Shown: positions 1 to 9,646 of the stretch, piece by piece
How positions within the stretch are numbered: the first letter of the stretch is position 1
How the letters are laid out: the number at the start of each line of letters is the position of its first letter
Source of the DNA: Actinomycetota bacterium
GTDB taxonomy: Bacteria; Actinomycetota; Actinomycetes; S36-B12
Assembly (NCBI GenBank): GCA_041164085.1
Contig: JBEAQC010000001.1
Coordinates: forward strand, 1 to 51,745
DNA length: 51,745 bases
Direction of reading: 5' to 3'
Made by a program: the position numbers and the translations under genes
The notes under the pieces: model-generated
What the model was told of the DNA's origin: nothing
The model's database searches: none
Seen by the model: the letters and a program-made list of their open reading frames with translations, nothing else

Positions 1-1164
1 GAGGATGAGATCGACGAGGTGGCCGACGCGACGTACCCGGTCGACACCGACCTGCTCGACGGGCTCGCTGACCGCCCCGGCACCGGCTCCCCTGGCCCCA
101 GCGGCGACCGAGTCGCGGCACGAAGTGAGGACGGCCGACTCAACGCGAAGTACACCTTCGACACCTTTGTCATCGGCTCCTCCAACAGGTTCGCCCATGC
201 GGCAGCGGTCGCGGTGGCGGAGCAGCCAGCCAAGGCCTATAACCCGCTCTTCGTGTACGGCGGCTCAGGACTGGGCAAGACCCACTTGCTCCACGCCATC
301 GGCCACTACGCGCGCACTCTCTACAAGGGCACACGGGTGCGCTACGTGAGCTCGGAGGAATTCACCAACGAGTTCATCAACTCGATCCGTGACGACAAGT
401 CCTCTGCATTCCAGCGCCGCTATCGGGACATCGACATCCTGCTCGTCGACGACATCCAGTTCCTCTCCGGCAAGGTGCAGACGCAGGAGGAGTTCTTCCA
501 TACCTTCAACACCCTGCACAACGCCAACAAGCAGATCGTCATCACCTCCGACCTCGCGCCCAAGCAGTTGCAGGACTTCGAGGACCGGATGCGCTCGCGC
601 TTCGAATGGGGCCTCACGACGGACGTGCAGCCCCCCGACCTCGAGACCCGCATCGCCATCCTCCGTAAGAAGAACGCGCAGGAGCGGCTTCAGGCACCGC
701 CTGAGGTCTTGGAGTTCATCGCCTCCAAGGTGTCCAGCAATATCCGTGAGCTTGAGGGTGCGCTCATCCGTGTGACGGCGTTTGCCTCCCTCAACCGCTC
801 CGCGGTCGACCTGGGCCTCGCGGAGTTGGTGCTCAAGGACCTCTTCCCCTCGGAAGCCGGCCCGGAGATCACCGCTGCGGAGATCATGACGACGACCGCC
901 GCCTACTTCGGCGTCACCGTGGACGACCTCTGCGGCACCTCCCGGTCACGGGTCCTCGTTACCGCACGCCAGATCGCCATGTATCTGTGCCGGGAGCTCA
1001 CCGACCTGTCCCTGCCCAAGATCGGTCAGGCCTTTGGTGGCCGTGACCACACCACGGTCATGCACGCCGACCGTAAGATCCGCCAACTGATCGGCGAGCG
1101 CCGCAGCCTGTACAACCAGGTTGCGGACCTCACCGCGCGGATCAAGTCACAGTCACGCGGCTAG
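1..1164 (+). CDS. dnaA: Chromosomal replication initiator DnaA (5'-truncated by window edge)
   Basis: Frame is open from base 1. [13 protein letters not shown], Walker A GGSGLGKT, Walker B LLVDDIQF, domain IV signature [20 protein letters not shown]. Domain I lies upstream of the window. Confidence 0.99.
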   Translation, partial: EDEIDEVADATYPVDTDLLDGLADRPGTGSPGPSGDRVAARSEDGRLNAKYTFDTFVIGSSNRFAHAAAVAVAEQPAKAYNPLFVYGGSGLGKTHLLHAIGHYARTLYKGTRVRYVSSEEFTNEFINSIRDDKSSAFQRRYRDIDILLVDDIQFLSGKVQTQEEFFHTFNTLHNANKQIVITSDLAPKQLQDFEDRMRSRFEWGLTTDVQPPDLETRIAILRKKNAQERLQAPPEVLEFIASKVSSNIRELEGALIRVTAFASLNRSAVDLGLAELVLKDLFPSEAGPEITAAEIMTTTAAYFGVTVDDLCGTSRSRVLVTARQIAMYLCRELTDLSLPKIGQAFGGRDHTTVMHADRKIRQLIGERRSLYNQVADLTARIKSQSRG

Positions 1165-1197
1165 TCACATCAGTCCCAAAGTCACCGTAAGATCACG

Positions 1198-1440
1198 GCA
1201 TCCCCAGAATGGGGACAGCCTGTGGACAACTTAGGCTGGCTCCCTCACAGGCTTCGTAAATCTGTGGATAACTGCCCGTCCTCTCACAGGCCCCCAGGCC
1301 GAATGGCCGTCGATCGGCGGGCCGTACACATCGCTCCCCACCGTGTCCACAGTGGCTGTGCATAACCTTTGCGCCTCTGACGTGGGCGGGTCGTGGTTGT
1401 CCCCATCGTCCACCGACGCTACGACGAAGACGAGTACATA
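1198..1440. other. oriC (dnaA-dnaN intergenic DnaA-box cluster)
   Basis: TGTGGACAA 1221-1229, perfect TGTGGATAA 1263-1271, GTGTCCACA 1343-1351, TGTGCATAA 1357-1365, TTGTCCCCA 1397-1405, TCGTCCACC 1406-1414, TGGGGACAG 1210-1218. A 3-nt-periodic tract follows at 1419-1437. Confidence 0.92.
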
Positions 1441-1571
1441 CATCTAGGACTCCAGAACCCCAGTAGGCCGGGCCTGATCTGTGCACATCGAGAGCACCCC
1501 TAGCCGCGCTCAGGTCACGGTGGCAGGATGACGCGTCTGCGGGCGCACACGTGCCCACCCCGGAGGTCCTA

Positions 1572-2684
1572 GTGAAGTTCCGCGTCGAGCGCGATGCCCT
1601 CGCCGACTCAGTCGCCTGGGCGGCACGCACGCTCCCCAGCCGCCCGTCGCTGCCGATCCTCGCGGGATTGCTCTTGGAGACGGATGCATCCGGCCTCATC
1701 GTGTCGAGCTTCGACTATGAGACCTCCTCACGTGTTGGCGTGGATGCAGACGTCACCGAACATGGACGAGCACTGGTGCCGGGCCGGCTGCTCGCGGACA
1801 TCAGTCGCGCGCTTCCTGCAGCGCCAGTGAACATCAGCCTCGAGGGATCGCGCGTAAGCGTGGTGTGCGGCAAGTCGACCTTCGCTCTGCCGACATTTCC
1901 TGTTGAGGACTACCCCAGCCTGCCTGCGATGCCGGAGTCATCAGGATCGTTGGGCGGTGGCGAGTTTGCACACGCCGTAGCCCAGGTCGCGATCGCCGCC
2001 GGTCGTGACGACACGCTGCCCACACTCACCGGCATTCGCGTGGAGATTGATGGTGCGACCGTGACGCTTGCCGCGACGGATCGCTATCGGCTGGCCGTGC
2101 GTGAATTCACCTGGACTCCGGCATCCCCCAAGCTGGAGGTGCAGGCACTTGTGCCGGCGCGCACACTGGCAGACACAGCCAAGTCACTCGCTGGCGCTGA
2201 GCTCGTGAATCTCTCCCTCGCGGAAGGCGGCGAAGGGCTCATGGGCTTCGAAGGGGACGGGCGACGCACCACCACCCGGCTTCTCGACGGAGAGTTTCCC
2301 AAGTACCGCTCTCTGCTGCCGTCCGAGAGTCTCGCGGTGGCTTCGATCTCGACAGCGCAGCTGGTGGACTCCGTCAAGCGCGTGGCCCTGGTCGCCGAGC
2401 GCAACACCCCCGTGCGCCTGGCGTTCTCAGGCAATGAGGTCACCCTGCGCGCCGGTGCGGGGGATGAAGCGCAGGCGACCGAAAGCCTGGACTGCACCTT
2501 CGACGGCGACGACATCGACATCGCCTTCAACCCGCAATACCTGCTCGATGGTCTGAGTGCCCTCGATGCCGCCGAGACGCGCATGTCCTTCACGCAGTCC
2601 ACGCGCCCCGCCGTGCTGAGTGCCGGCGGCGATGACGATGGCGACTATCGCTACCTGCTGATGCCGGTGCGACTCGCCGGCTGA
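1572..2684 (+). CDS. dnaN: DNA polymerase III beta sliding clamp
   Basis: MKFRVERD start (GTG 1572 after GGAGG), [36 protein letters not shown]-terminus; follows oriC. Confidence 0.98.
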   Translation: MKFRVERDALADSVAWAARTLPSRPSLPILAGLLLETDASGLIVSSFDYETSSRVGVDADVTEHGRALVPGRLLADISRALPAAPVNISLEGSRVSVVCGKSTFALPTFPVEDYPSLPAMPESSGSLGGGEFAHAVAQVAIAAGRDDTLPTLTGIRVEIDGATVTLAATDRYRLAVREFTWTPASPKLEVQALVPARTLADTAKSLAGAELVNLSLAEGGEGLMGFEGDGRRTTTRLLDGEFPKYRSLLPSESLAVASISTAQLVDSVKRVALVAERNTPVRLAFSGNEVTLRAGAGDEAQATESLDCTFDGDDIDIAFNPQYLLDGLSALDAAETRMSFTQSTRPAVLSAGGDDDGDYRYLLMPVRLAG

Positions 2685-2692
2685 TCCGGCCG

Positions 2693-3844
2693 ATGGCCGC
2701 ACCGACCGATCCGCCTGTGCTGGTGAGGCACGTCTCGCTGGCCGATGTACGCAACTACGAGACCCTCGAGGTCAGCCTCGAGCCCGGCATCAATGCCTTC
2801 GTCGGTCCTAACGGCCAGGGCAAGACCAACCTCGTCGAAGCGGTCGCCTACCTCTCCACCCTGGGCAGCCACCGCGTGGCCACCGATGCGCCCCTGGTCC
2901 GGCGCGGAGCCGAGCGAGCGGTGATCCGCGCCGATGTGACCCGCGACGACCGCTCCCTGCTTCTAGAAATCGAGGTCACTCCCGGCCGCGCCAACCGTGC
3001 TCGCATCAACCGTGCACCGGTCACGAAGACACGGGAGATTCTCGGCATCCTGCGCACGGTGGTCTTCGCACCGGAAGACCTGGCGCTCGTCAAGGGAGAC
3101 CCCGGTGAGCGGCGCCGCTTCCTCGACGACCTGCTCGTGCAACGCCACCCACGTCTGGCAGGCACACGCGCCGACTACGACCGCGTCCTGCGCCAACGCA
3201 ATGCCCTACTGAAATCGTCTGGAGCGGCACGGCGCACCAACCTCGAGGAGGTGGTGCGCACCCTTGAGGCCTGGGATGAGCAACTCTCTCGCCTGGGAGC
3301 GGAGATCATCACGGCGCGAAGGGAACTCACCGCGGCCCTCGCCCCCCTCGCGTCTCAGGCCTATCAGGAACTCGTCCCCGCATCGGACACGATCGGATTG
3401 CGGTACCGGAGCGTGATCGACGACGTCGAGGCACCGGATGTGACCGCGGCCCTGCTCTCGGAGATCGATAGGCGCCGCAAGGAGGAACTCGATCGAGGCA
3501 TCACGTTGGTCGGACCCCACCGCGATGATGTGGACGTGACCCTCGGACCCGTGCCCCTCAAGGGCTACGCCTCCCACGGTGAGTCGTGGTCCGCGGCACT
3601 CGCCATGCGTCTGGCGGCCTATGACCTCCTCACCGCCGAATCCGGAGCGCCGGTGCTCGTGCTTGACGACGTCTTCGCCGAGCTCGATGTGCGACGTCGT
3701 GCCCACCTCGCCGAGCGTGTCGCCGAGGCACCCCAGGTGCTCATCACCGCCGCCGTTGCCGATGACGTGCCGGCAGCGATGGCGGGCACGTGGTTCGACG
3801 TCGTTGACGGCAGGGTGACCCGTCGCTCAGGTGGACCAGCGTGA
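2693..3844 (+). CDS. recF: DNA replication/repair protein RecF
   Basis: Walker [34 protein letters not shown]. Start may instead be GTG 2717. Confidence 0.97.
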   Translation: MAAPTDPPVLVRHVSLADVRNYETLEVSLEPGINAFVGPNGQGKTNLVEAVAYLSTLGSHRVATDAPLVRRGAERAVIRADVTRDDRSLLLEIEVTPGRANRARINRAPVTKTREILGILRTVVFAPEDLALVKGDPGERRRFLDDLLVQRHPRLAGTRADYDRVLRQRNALLKSSGAARRTNLEEVVRTLEAWDEQLSRLGAEIITARRELTAALAPLASQAYQELVPASDTIGLRYRSVIDDVEAPDVTAALLSEIDRRRKEELDRGITLVGPHRDDVDVTLGPVPLKGYASHGESWSAALAMRLAAYDLLTAESGAPVLVLDDVFAELDVRRRAHLAERVAEAPQVLITAAVADDVPAAMAGTWFDVVDGRVTRRSGGPA

Positions 3845-4338
3845 CGGACACCGAGGGTTCAGAAGGCACGAGCGACCTGGCGCGTGCGGCTCTCGCGCGA
3901 GCCAAGGCGAGCAGCCGCGCGAAGCCCCCCCGCGGGGCTCCCCCACGGAGGCGGCCGCAGTACGGCGACGACCGCGATCCCAAGACCCTCGACACGGTCC
4001 TGCAGGGATGGCTACGCGATCACGGCTACGAGTCCCAGGTGGGATCAGGCTCGCTCATCGCCCGATGGCCCGAGATCGTCGGCGATCAGGTCGCTGACCA
4101 CGTCACCCCCGACTCCGTGCAGGAGACCGACGCCGGCCGCGAGCTCATCCTGCGCGCTGACTCGACCGCGTGGGCGACGCAGGTACGCATCCTCATCCCT
4201 CAGATCCACGGCCGCATCGCCACCCTCCTCGGTGCCGGTGTCGTCGACCGGATCAAGGTGATGGGGCCGGCCCCTCCCAAGCGCGAGATGGGCTCTCGGC
4301 GCGTGCCGGGTCGCGGCCCACGCGACACCTACGGCTGA
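3841..4338 (+). CDS. dciA: DUF721 / DciA-family helicase-loading protein (Rv0004-like)
   Basis: [15 protein letters not shown] and C-terminal GRGPRDTYG motifs; 4-nt overlap with the recF stop; canonical position after recF. Confidence 0.88.
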   Translation: MTDTEGSEGTSDLARAALARAKASSRAKPPRGAPPRRRPQYGDDRDPKTLDTVLQGWLRDHGYESQVGSGSLIARWPEIVGDQVADHVTPDSVQETDAGRELILRADSTAWATQVRILIPQIHGRIATLLGAGVVDRIKVMGPAPPKREMGSRRVPGRGPRDTYG

Positions 4339-4414
4339 GGCGGATTAGGCGATCTCTGCCGCTCGGCGTACCCTCTACGAGGTCCCACCCGGGACCGCTG
4401 GGGATACATCCCCC

Positions 4415-4459
4415 ACCTCCTGCTCCGGAGAGACCGGAGCCGATGAGTCCAGAGGAGGT
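4415..4459 (+). promoter_or_regulatory. S6:S18 ribosomal-protein leader RNA (autoregulatory)
   Basis: ACCTCCT 4415-4421 can pair with the SD AGGAGGT 4453-4459. Inner hairpin GCTCCGG/CCGGAGC 4422-4440, with CCG at its 3' base, directly upstream of rpsF. Confidence 0.7.
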
Positions 4460-4469
4460 CGGCGACCGC

Positions 4470-4760
4470 ATGCGCCGATATGAAGTCATGGTCATCCTCG
4501 ACCCCGATCTCGAGGAGCGCACCGTCGCCCCGTCACTCGAGACCTTCCTTAACGTCGTCAAGCAGGACGGCGGCAGTGTGGAGAAGGTCGACGTGTGGGG
4601 TCGACGACGCCTCGCCTACGAGATCGCCCACAAGCCCGAAGGCATCTACGCCGTCCTCGAGGTCACGTCCTCGTCCGCCGCGGTGGCCGAACTCGATCGC
4701 CAGCTCAACCTCAATGAGGCCGTGCTGCGCACGAAGGTCACGCGCCCGGAGGAGTCGTAG
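4470..4760 (+). CDS. rpsF: 30S ribosomal protein S6
   Basis: [23 protein letters not shown]...[10 protein letters not shown]; ATG 4470 after AGGAGG. The ORF track over-extends the start. Confidence 0.97.
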   Translation: MRRYEVMVILDPDLEERTVAPSLETFLNVVKQDGGSVEKVDVWGRRRLAYEIAHKPEGIYAVLEVTSSSAAVAELDRQLNLNEAVLRTKVTRPEES

Positions 4761-4763
4761 GTC

Positions 4764-5243
4764 ATGGCCGCCGGAGACATCAACGTCACGGTCGTTGGCA
4801 ATCTCACCAACGATCCCGAGTTGCGTTTCACACCGAGCGGTGCCGCCGTCGCATCCTTCACTGTCGCCGCGAGCTCGCGATACCTCGACAAGGCGACCAA
4901 TGAGTGGAAGGACAGCGATCCGGTCTTCATGCGCTGCAGCGTCTGGCGCCAGTACGCCGAGAACGTCGCCGAGTCCCTCCAGAAGGGCATGCGTGTGATC
5001 GTGCAGGGGCGCCTCAAGCAGCGCTCCTACGAGACACGCGAGGGCGAGAAGCGCACCGTCGTGGAGATGGAGGTCGACGACGTCGGCCCGGCGCTGCGCT
5101 ACGCCACCGCCAAGGTCACCCGCACCCAGCGCGGTGACAGCGGCTTCTCCGGTGGCGGCAATTCCGGCGGCGGAGCTCCCGCCGATGATCCGTGGGCGGC
5201 CCCCAGTGGTGGCGGCGCAGCCTTCGACGAACCCCCGTTCTAG
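4764..5243 (+). CDS. ssb: Single-stranded DNA-binding protein
   Basis: [19 protein letters not shown] fold, Gly-rich linker, acidic tail DEPPF. Confidence 0.98.
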   Translation: MAAGDINVTVVGNLTNDPELRFTPSGAAVASFTVAASSRYLDKATNEWKDSDPVFMRCSVWRQYAENVAESLQKGMRVIVQGRLKQRSYETREGEKRTVVEMEVDDVGPALRYATAKVTRTQRGDSGFSGGGNSGGGAPADDPWAAPSGGGAAFDEPPF

Positions 5244-5272
5244 ACACACACAGTCATTCCGAAGGAGATCCA

Positions 5273-5530
5273 ATGGGCCAGGGACCGCGCCGCGACAAGC
5301 GCTCGAGTGAGCCGGCACGCGTCAAGAAGGGCACGCCGCTGCTTGCACCGGACGTGACATACATCGACTACAAGGACGTCAACCTGCTTCGCAAGTTCAT
5401 CTCCGACCGCGGCAAGATCCGCTCACGCCGCGTCACAGGTCTCACCATGCAGCAGCAGCGGGCGGTCGCCAAGGCCGTGAAGAACGCGCGCGAGATGGCA
5501 CTGCTGCCCTACACGAGCACAGCGAGGTAG
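5273..5530 (+). CDS. rpsR: 30S ribosomal protein S18, Cys-free (C-minus) form
   Basis: [26 protein letters not shown]...AREMALLPY; ATG 5273 after AAGGAG; no cysteine in 85 aa. Confidence 0.96.
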   Translation: MGQGPRRDKRSSEPARVKKGTPLLAPDVTYIDYKDVNLLRKFISDRGKIRSRRVTGLTMQQQRAVAKAVKNAREMALLPYTSTAR

Positions 5531-5532
5531 CG

Positions 5533-5976
5533 ATGAAGATCATCCTCACCCAAGCAGTCGACGGTCTGGGCATCCCCGGTGATGTCGTCACCGTCAAGGA
5601 CGGTTACGGCCGCAACTACCTCGTGCCGCGCGGCATGGCGATGCCCTGGACCGCGGGCGGCGAGAAGCAGATCGTGCAGATCAAGCGTGCGCGCGATGCC
5701 CGCGAGATCCGCGACCTGGCTCACGCCAAGGAGGTCAAGGAGCAGCTCGAGGGCCTCGCCGTCGTGATCCCGGCACGTGCCGGGGAGACCGGCAAGCTCT
5801 TCGGCTCCATCACCAACGCCGACTTCGTCGCCGCCGTACGCAAGGCCGGCGGTCCGCTCCTGGACAAGCGCTCGGTCGAGGTCTCGCACGTCAAGGCCAT
5901 CGGCAGCCACAAGGCGCGCGTGCGGGTGTCACCGGACGTCACCGCGTCGGTGTCCTTCACCGTGACCGCCAACTAG
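5533..5976 (+). CDS. rplI: 50S ribosomal protein L9
   Basis: MKIILTQAVDGLG..GDVVTVKDGYGRNYLVP, GKLFGSIT. Confidence 0.98.
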   Translation: MKIILTQAVDGLGIPGDVVTVKDGYGRNYLVPRGMAMPWTAGGEKQIVQIKRARDAREIRDLAHAKEVKEQLEGLAVVIPARAGETGKLFGSITNADFVAAVRKAGGPLLDKRSVEVSHVKAIGSHKARVRVSPDVTASVSFTVTAN

Positions 5977-5997
5977 TTCAGACCACTGCTCCACCAC

Positions 5998-6055
5998 GAA
6001 AACGACGCTTCGTGACACGACGGGCCGACCGTCACTGTTACGGAGCGTCGTTTTC
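5998..6055. terminator. 20-bp hairpin between convergent genes; bidirectional terminator / REP-like palindrome
   Basis: GAAAACGACGCTTCGTGACA 5998-6017 pairs with TGTTACGGAGCGTCGTTTTC 6036-6055 (two G-U pairs), ending in a T-rich run. A related copy is at 41051-41108. Confidence 0.7.
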
Positions 6056-6083
6056 TTTGGTCGGAACTCAGGACGCCGAAGGT

Positions 6084-6596
6084 CTACGGCCGTCCCATGA
6101 GGGTCGGTAGATCGGCGATCAATCCATCGGCAGCCGCCTCGATCATGGCGAGTACCTCAATGAACCCGTCATGGGCGCCGAACCACGGATCGGGTACGTC
6201 GAGACGGGGGTCACCGGCCGGCACGTCGCGGAGCGCAGGGTCGAAGGATCTGAACATGCGCACTCGCTCACGTGCGACCGGATCCGGTGCGAGCGCGGTG
6301 ACCGTGGCGTAGTTGCCGGAGTCCATGGTGAGCAGCAGGTCGGGATGGCCAGGCTCAATGAACCACTCGGTGGTGATCTGACGGCCCGAGTGGGCCAGGT
6401 CGTAGCCGGCCGATCGCAGCGTCTGCAGCGCGCGCGGGTCCGCATCCTCACCGATGTGCCAGCCGTCGGTGCCGGCGGAGTCGACGAGCACCTGAGACGC
6501 TAGGCCTGAGTCCTCAACACGTGCGCGGATGACCGCCTCGGCCATCGGGGAGCGGCAGATATTGCCCAGGCACACCGCGGTGATCCGGTACGTCAC
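6084..6596 (-). CDS. Low-molecular-weight protein-tyrosine phosphatase
   Basis: P-loop VCLGNICRSPMAE, DSAGT, and DVPDPW general-acid loop. Confidence 0.93.
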   Translation of the reverse strand: MTYRITAVCLGNICRSPMAEAVIRARVEDSGLASQVLVDSAGTDGWHIGEDADPRALQTLRSAGYDLAHSGRQITTEWFIEPGHPDLLLTMDSGNYATVTALAPDPVARERVRMFRSFDPALRDVPAGDPRLDVPDPWFGAHDGFIEVLAMIEAAADGLIADLPTLMGRP

Positions 6597-7273
6597 GAGA
6601 CGTCCCCCCAGAAGTGATCAAAGAGCCGCAGGCTATCGGCTCGCTGATCGGCCGCACGTGATCGCAGGTAGCGCACCTGCTCGTCAGCAATGTCGCTCGG
6701 TGTGCCCACGTCGACGAACATGTGGGCCAGGATCTCCGCATCGACCTCCGGGTGGAATTGCACACCCCAGGCGCGGCCGTGCCGGAAGGCCACGGGTGCA
6801 TGGTCGGCTTCGGCGAGCACCTCGGCTCCCGGGGGCACCGTGAAGGCGTCATTGTGCAGGAGCACCCACGGCGCATCGAGTTCGTCCAGCGAGGTCTGCG
6901 GTGTCTCCCAGGCGATGTGCGCGGTGCCCTGTCGTGTCACGGTGCCCCCGAGGGCACGACTGAGCAGCTGGCCACCGAAGCAGATGCCCAGCATCGGTGC
7001 ATCCCGGTCGACGCGGCGGCGTACGAGCTCGATCTCCGCGGCGATAGCGTCGGCCGCGTGCGGGGGATCCTCCTCGCCGTCCATCACTCGGGCGAGAGTC
7101 CATTCCGACCCGAGCACGATGAGCAGGTCAGCGTCATCCGCCGCATCGATAGGCAGTACATCGTCACGGATGAGGCGGCGCACCTCGAAGCCCCGGGCAT
7201 CGAGCCACTCACCGAGGTGACCGAGCTCGGCACCGACGGTGGGATTGGAGATGACCACGGCGAGGAGGCTCAT
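6593..7273 (-). CDS. Type 1 glutamine amidotransferase domain protein
   Basis: Nucleophile elbow LGICFGGQLL and VQFHPE (Cys-His-Glu triad); stop overlaps the PTP start. Confidence 0.88.
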   Translation of the reverse strand: MSLLAVVISNPTVGAELGHLGEWLDARGFEVRRLIRDDVLPIDAADDADLLIVLGSEWTLARVMDGEEDPPHAADAIAAEIELVRRRVDRDAPMLGICFGGQLLSRALGGTVTRQGTAHIAWETPQTSLDELDAPWVLLHNDAFTVPPGAEVLAEADHAPVAFRHGRAWGVQFHPEVDAEILAHMFVDVGTPSDIADEQVRYLRSRAADQRADSLRLFDHFWGDVS

Positions 7274-7929
7274 CGTGGCGCTGACTCCGCGATCTGCCCG
7301 GCGACATCACGCAGGTCCACGCCGGTGATGTCGGGTGCGTCGAAGACGGTGGAGGGGTGAGTTTCCTGGCGGGATACCCACGCGGTGCGCAAGCCGGCTC
7401 GGTGAGCACCGTGGAGGTCCCAGGCATGCGCGGCGACCATGGTGACGTCGCGTGGCTGGAGACCTAGGGCCAAGCATCCGGCGAGGTAGGGAGCAGGTGC
7501 CGGCTTCCACCGCCCGATATCGGCTGCTGACAGATGTCCGACGACCAGGTCGGCCATCCCGTGGCGATCGAAGATGCTGGCGACCATGTCGGCATTGCCG
7601 ACCGTGAGGGTCATCACCGGGATTCCGGCGTCCACGAGCCTGCGCAGCCCCGGTTCGACGTCCGGGTGCGGCGACAACTGCGCGAAGGCCTCGAGTAGGA
7701 CGTCACCGTCCCGGGCAGACAGGCGCCCCGGGTCGAGGGAGACGAGGGCGTCTCGCGCGACATCAGCGAATGTCCGACAGTCTCCACTGGCCGCGAGCGC
7801 GAATCCGTTGCGCAGCGTGAGAGCGAACCACACGGGCATCGCGTCGGGCAGGCCGATGCGATCGAATGCCGGCTGCAGACCTGACAGGTCCAGGACCGTC
7901 TCATTGACATCGAGGAGCACGCCGCGCAC
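7270..7929 (-). CDS. HAD-family hydrolase (haloacid dehalogenase type II-like)
   Basis: LLDVNETVLD motif I, WKPAP, MVAAHAWDL motif. Confidence 0.88.
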   Translation of the reverse strand: MRGVLLDVNETVLDLSGLQPAFDRIGLPDAMPVWFALTLRNGFALAASGDCRTFADVARDALVSLDPGRLSARDGDVLLEAFAQLSPHPDVEPGLRRLVDAGIPVMTLTVGNADMVASIFDRHGMADLVVGHLSAADIGRWKPAPAPYLAGCLALGLQPRDVTMVAAHAWDLHGAHRAGLRTAWVSRQETHPSTVFDAPDITGVDLRDVAGQIAESAPR

Positions 7930-7938
7930 GCGGTGACG

Positions 7939-9255
7939 CTACCGCGGCCGGGTCGCTCCAGTAATGAGCCAGGCACTCCCCCGTGCCCGCCACACGACCA
8001 GGACGGTGCGGACGAGGAGGAACCAGCCCAGCGCCCACCACAGGTCGGCGACGTCGCCGTCGCCCACGAGGACGAGCCACGCCGCCGGCAGGAAGGCGAG
8101 GAAGACCGCCACCTGCGCCCAGGCCAGCCAGCGGGTGTCGCCCGCGCCGATGAGCACGCCGTCGAGTGCGAAGACGATCCCCGCCATCGGCTGGAGCAGG
8201 GCGAGGACAAGGAGGGCGGAGGAGATCAGTGCCGAGACCTGTGCATCGTCGCCGTACCACTGGGGCAGCCACGGTCGCAGCGCCAAGATGATCACCGCGA
8301 GGCCGACACCGAGCCACACCGACCACCAGACAATGCGGCGTGCGATCACCCGCGACTGCGCCACCTCGCCCGATCCGAGCGACTTGCCGGTGAGCGCCTG
8401 TCCCGCAATCGCCACTGCATCGAGTGCCAGGGCGAGGGCGAAGAAGAGTGTGACGGTCACGTGGTACGCCGCGAGCTCCTGATCGCCCAGTCGGGCGGCG
8501 ACGGCAGCCGCGATCACGAGCACGCCACGGAGCGCCGCCGACCGCACGAAGAGCGGAACGCCATCCCGTGCGGCGCGGATGACCCCGACTCCACTCGGCA
8601 CGATTGTGACGCGCGCCCGACGTGCGTTGCGTAGCAGGATGAAGCCGTAGGCGAGCAGGCCGGTGAGTTCAGCCAGTCCGGTGGCGGCGGCACTGCCACC
8701 GATACCCCAGCCAAATCCGAAGATGAAGACGATATCGAGCACGAGGTTGACCACGACCATGACGATCGTGACGTAGAGCGTCGTGCGCGTGTCCTGCAGT
8801 CCGCGCAGCACACCCACTGCAGCGAGCACCCCAAGCACGGCGGGGAAGGAGATGGCAACGATGCGCAGATACGTGACGGCGTACGGCGTCACCTCGCCGG
8901 AGGTGCCGAGCGCGGTGATGAGCGGCTCGGCGAACGCGAACGTGACCGCACCGATGACGACGCCAAGACCGACGCCGAGGGCCATGCCGTCCACACCCTG
9001 TGACAGCGCACCCGCGCGGTCCCCCGCACCGAGTAGTCGCGCGACCGCGGCGGTCGCGGCGTAGGACAGGAAGATGCACAGCCCGACGACAGTGCCGAAG
9101 ATCGTGGATGCGGCCCCGAGCCCGGCGAGCTGCGCGGTGCCGAGGGTGCCGACGATCGCAGCATCGACGAGCAGGAAGAGGGGCTGGGCCAGCAGGGCAC
9201 CGAAGGCCGGGATCGCCAGCCGGGCGATGCCGCGATCGAGGCCCTCGGTGGTCAC
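7939..9255 (-). CDS. MATE (DinF-like) efflux transporter
   Basis: About 12 TM segments; LAIPAFGALLAQPLFLLVDAAIVG, RGLQDTRT, DGVLIGAGD; typical rplI-dnaB neighbour. Confidence 0.92.
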   Translation of the reverse strand: MTTEGLDRGIARLAIPAFGALLAQPLFLLVDAAIVGTLGTAQLAGLGAASTIFGTVVGLCIFLSYAATAAVARLLGAGDRAGALSQGVDGMALGVGLGVVIGAVTFAFAEPLITALGTSGEVTPYAVTYLRIVAISFPAVLGVLAAVGVLRGLQDTRTTLYVTIVMVVVNLVLDIVFIFGFGWGIGGSAAATGLAELTGLLAYGFILLRNARRARVTIVPSGVGVIRAARDGVPLFVRSAALRGVLVIAAAVAARLGDQELAAYHVTVTLFFALALALDAVAIAGQALTGKSLGSGEVAQSRVIARRIVWWSVWLGVGLAVIILALRPWLPQWYGDDAQVSALISSALLVLALLQPMAGIVFALDGVLIGAGDTRWLAWAQVAVFLAFLPAAWLVLVGDGDVADLWWALGWFLLVRTVLVVWRARGSAWLITGATRPR

Positions 9256-9282
9256 CGTGCGGACGCTAGCGTTCGCACGGAC

Positions 9283-9486
9283 GGTGGATAGAGGGTCATC
9301 CGCGGTTCACTCGGGAGCCACGGGCAGGCCATATCGAAGAACTTTTCCTGCACAGCCCCGGGACAGAGTCTTCCCACGTCAGAGGCCACATTGTGGGATA
9401 GATAGGATGTGGGTCCCCAGGTTGTCCCCAGCCTGTGAACGGGCTCCCTGGCGAGTCTCCCCCGGTTATCCACAACCTTGCCCACA
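9283..9486. promoter_or_regulatory. DnaA-box cluster in the MATE/dnaB divergent intergenic region
   Basis: Perfect TTATCCACA 9466-9474, TTGCCCACA 9478-9486, TTGTCCCCA 9422-9430, TGTGAACGG 9434-9442, GGTGGATAG 9283-9291. Confidence 0.75.
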
Positions 9487-9646
9487 GGCCTGATGGACGC
9501 GGGGACCTCCCAGTACCTAGGTTCCTCGGCCGGGGCCCCTGCAGATCAGGGGTGCGTCCCTCTGTCGAGGATCCACGACTGTCGGACCCCCGTGATGCAG
9601 TGGTGGGGTCGGCCGCTGTCGCCAGCACGATCGGAGAGGAGTGCGC

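Noticed and set aside
19-1164. Apparently short DnaA lacking domain I
   Set aside because: The frame is open to base 1, so this is a window-edge truncation.
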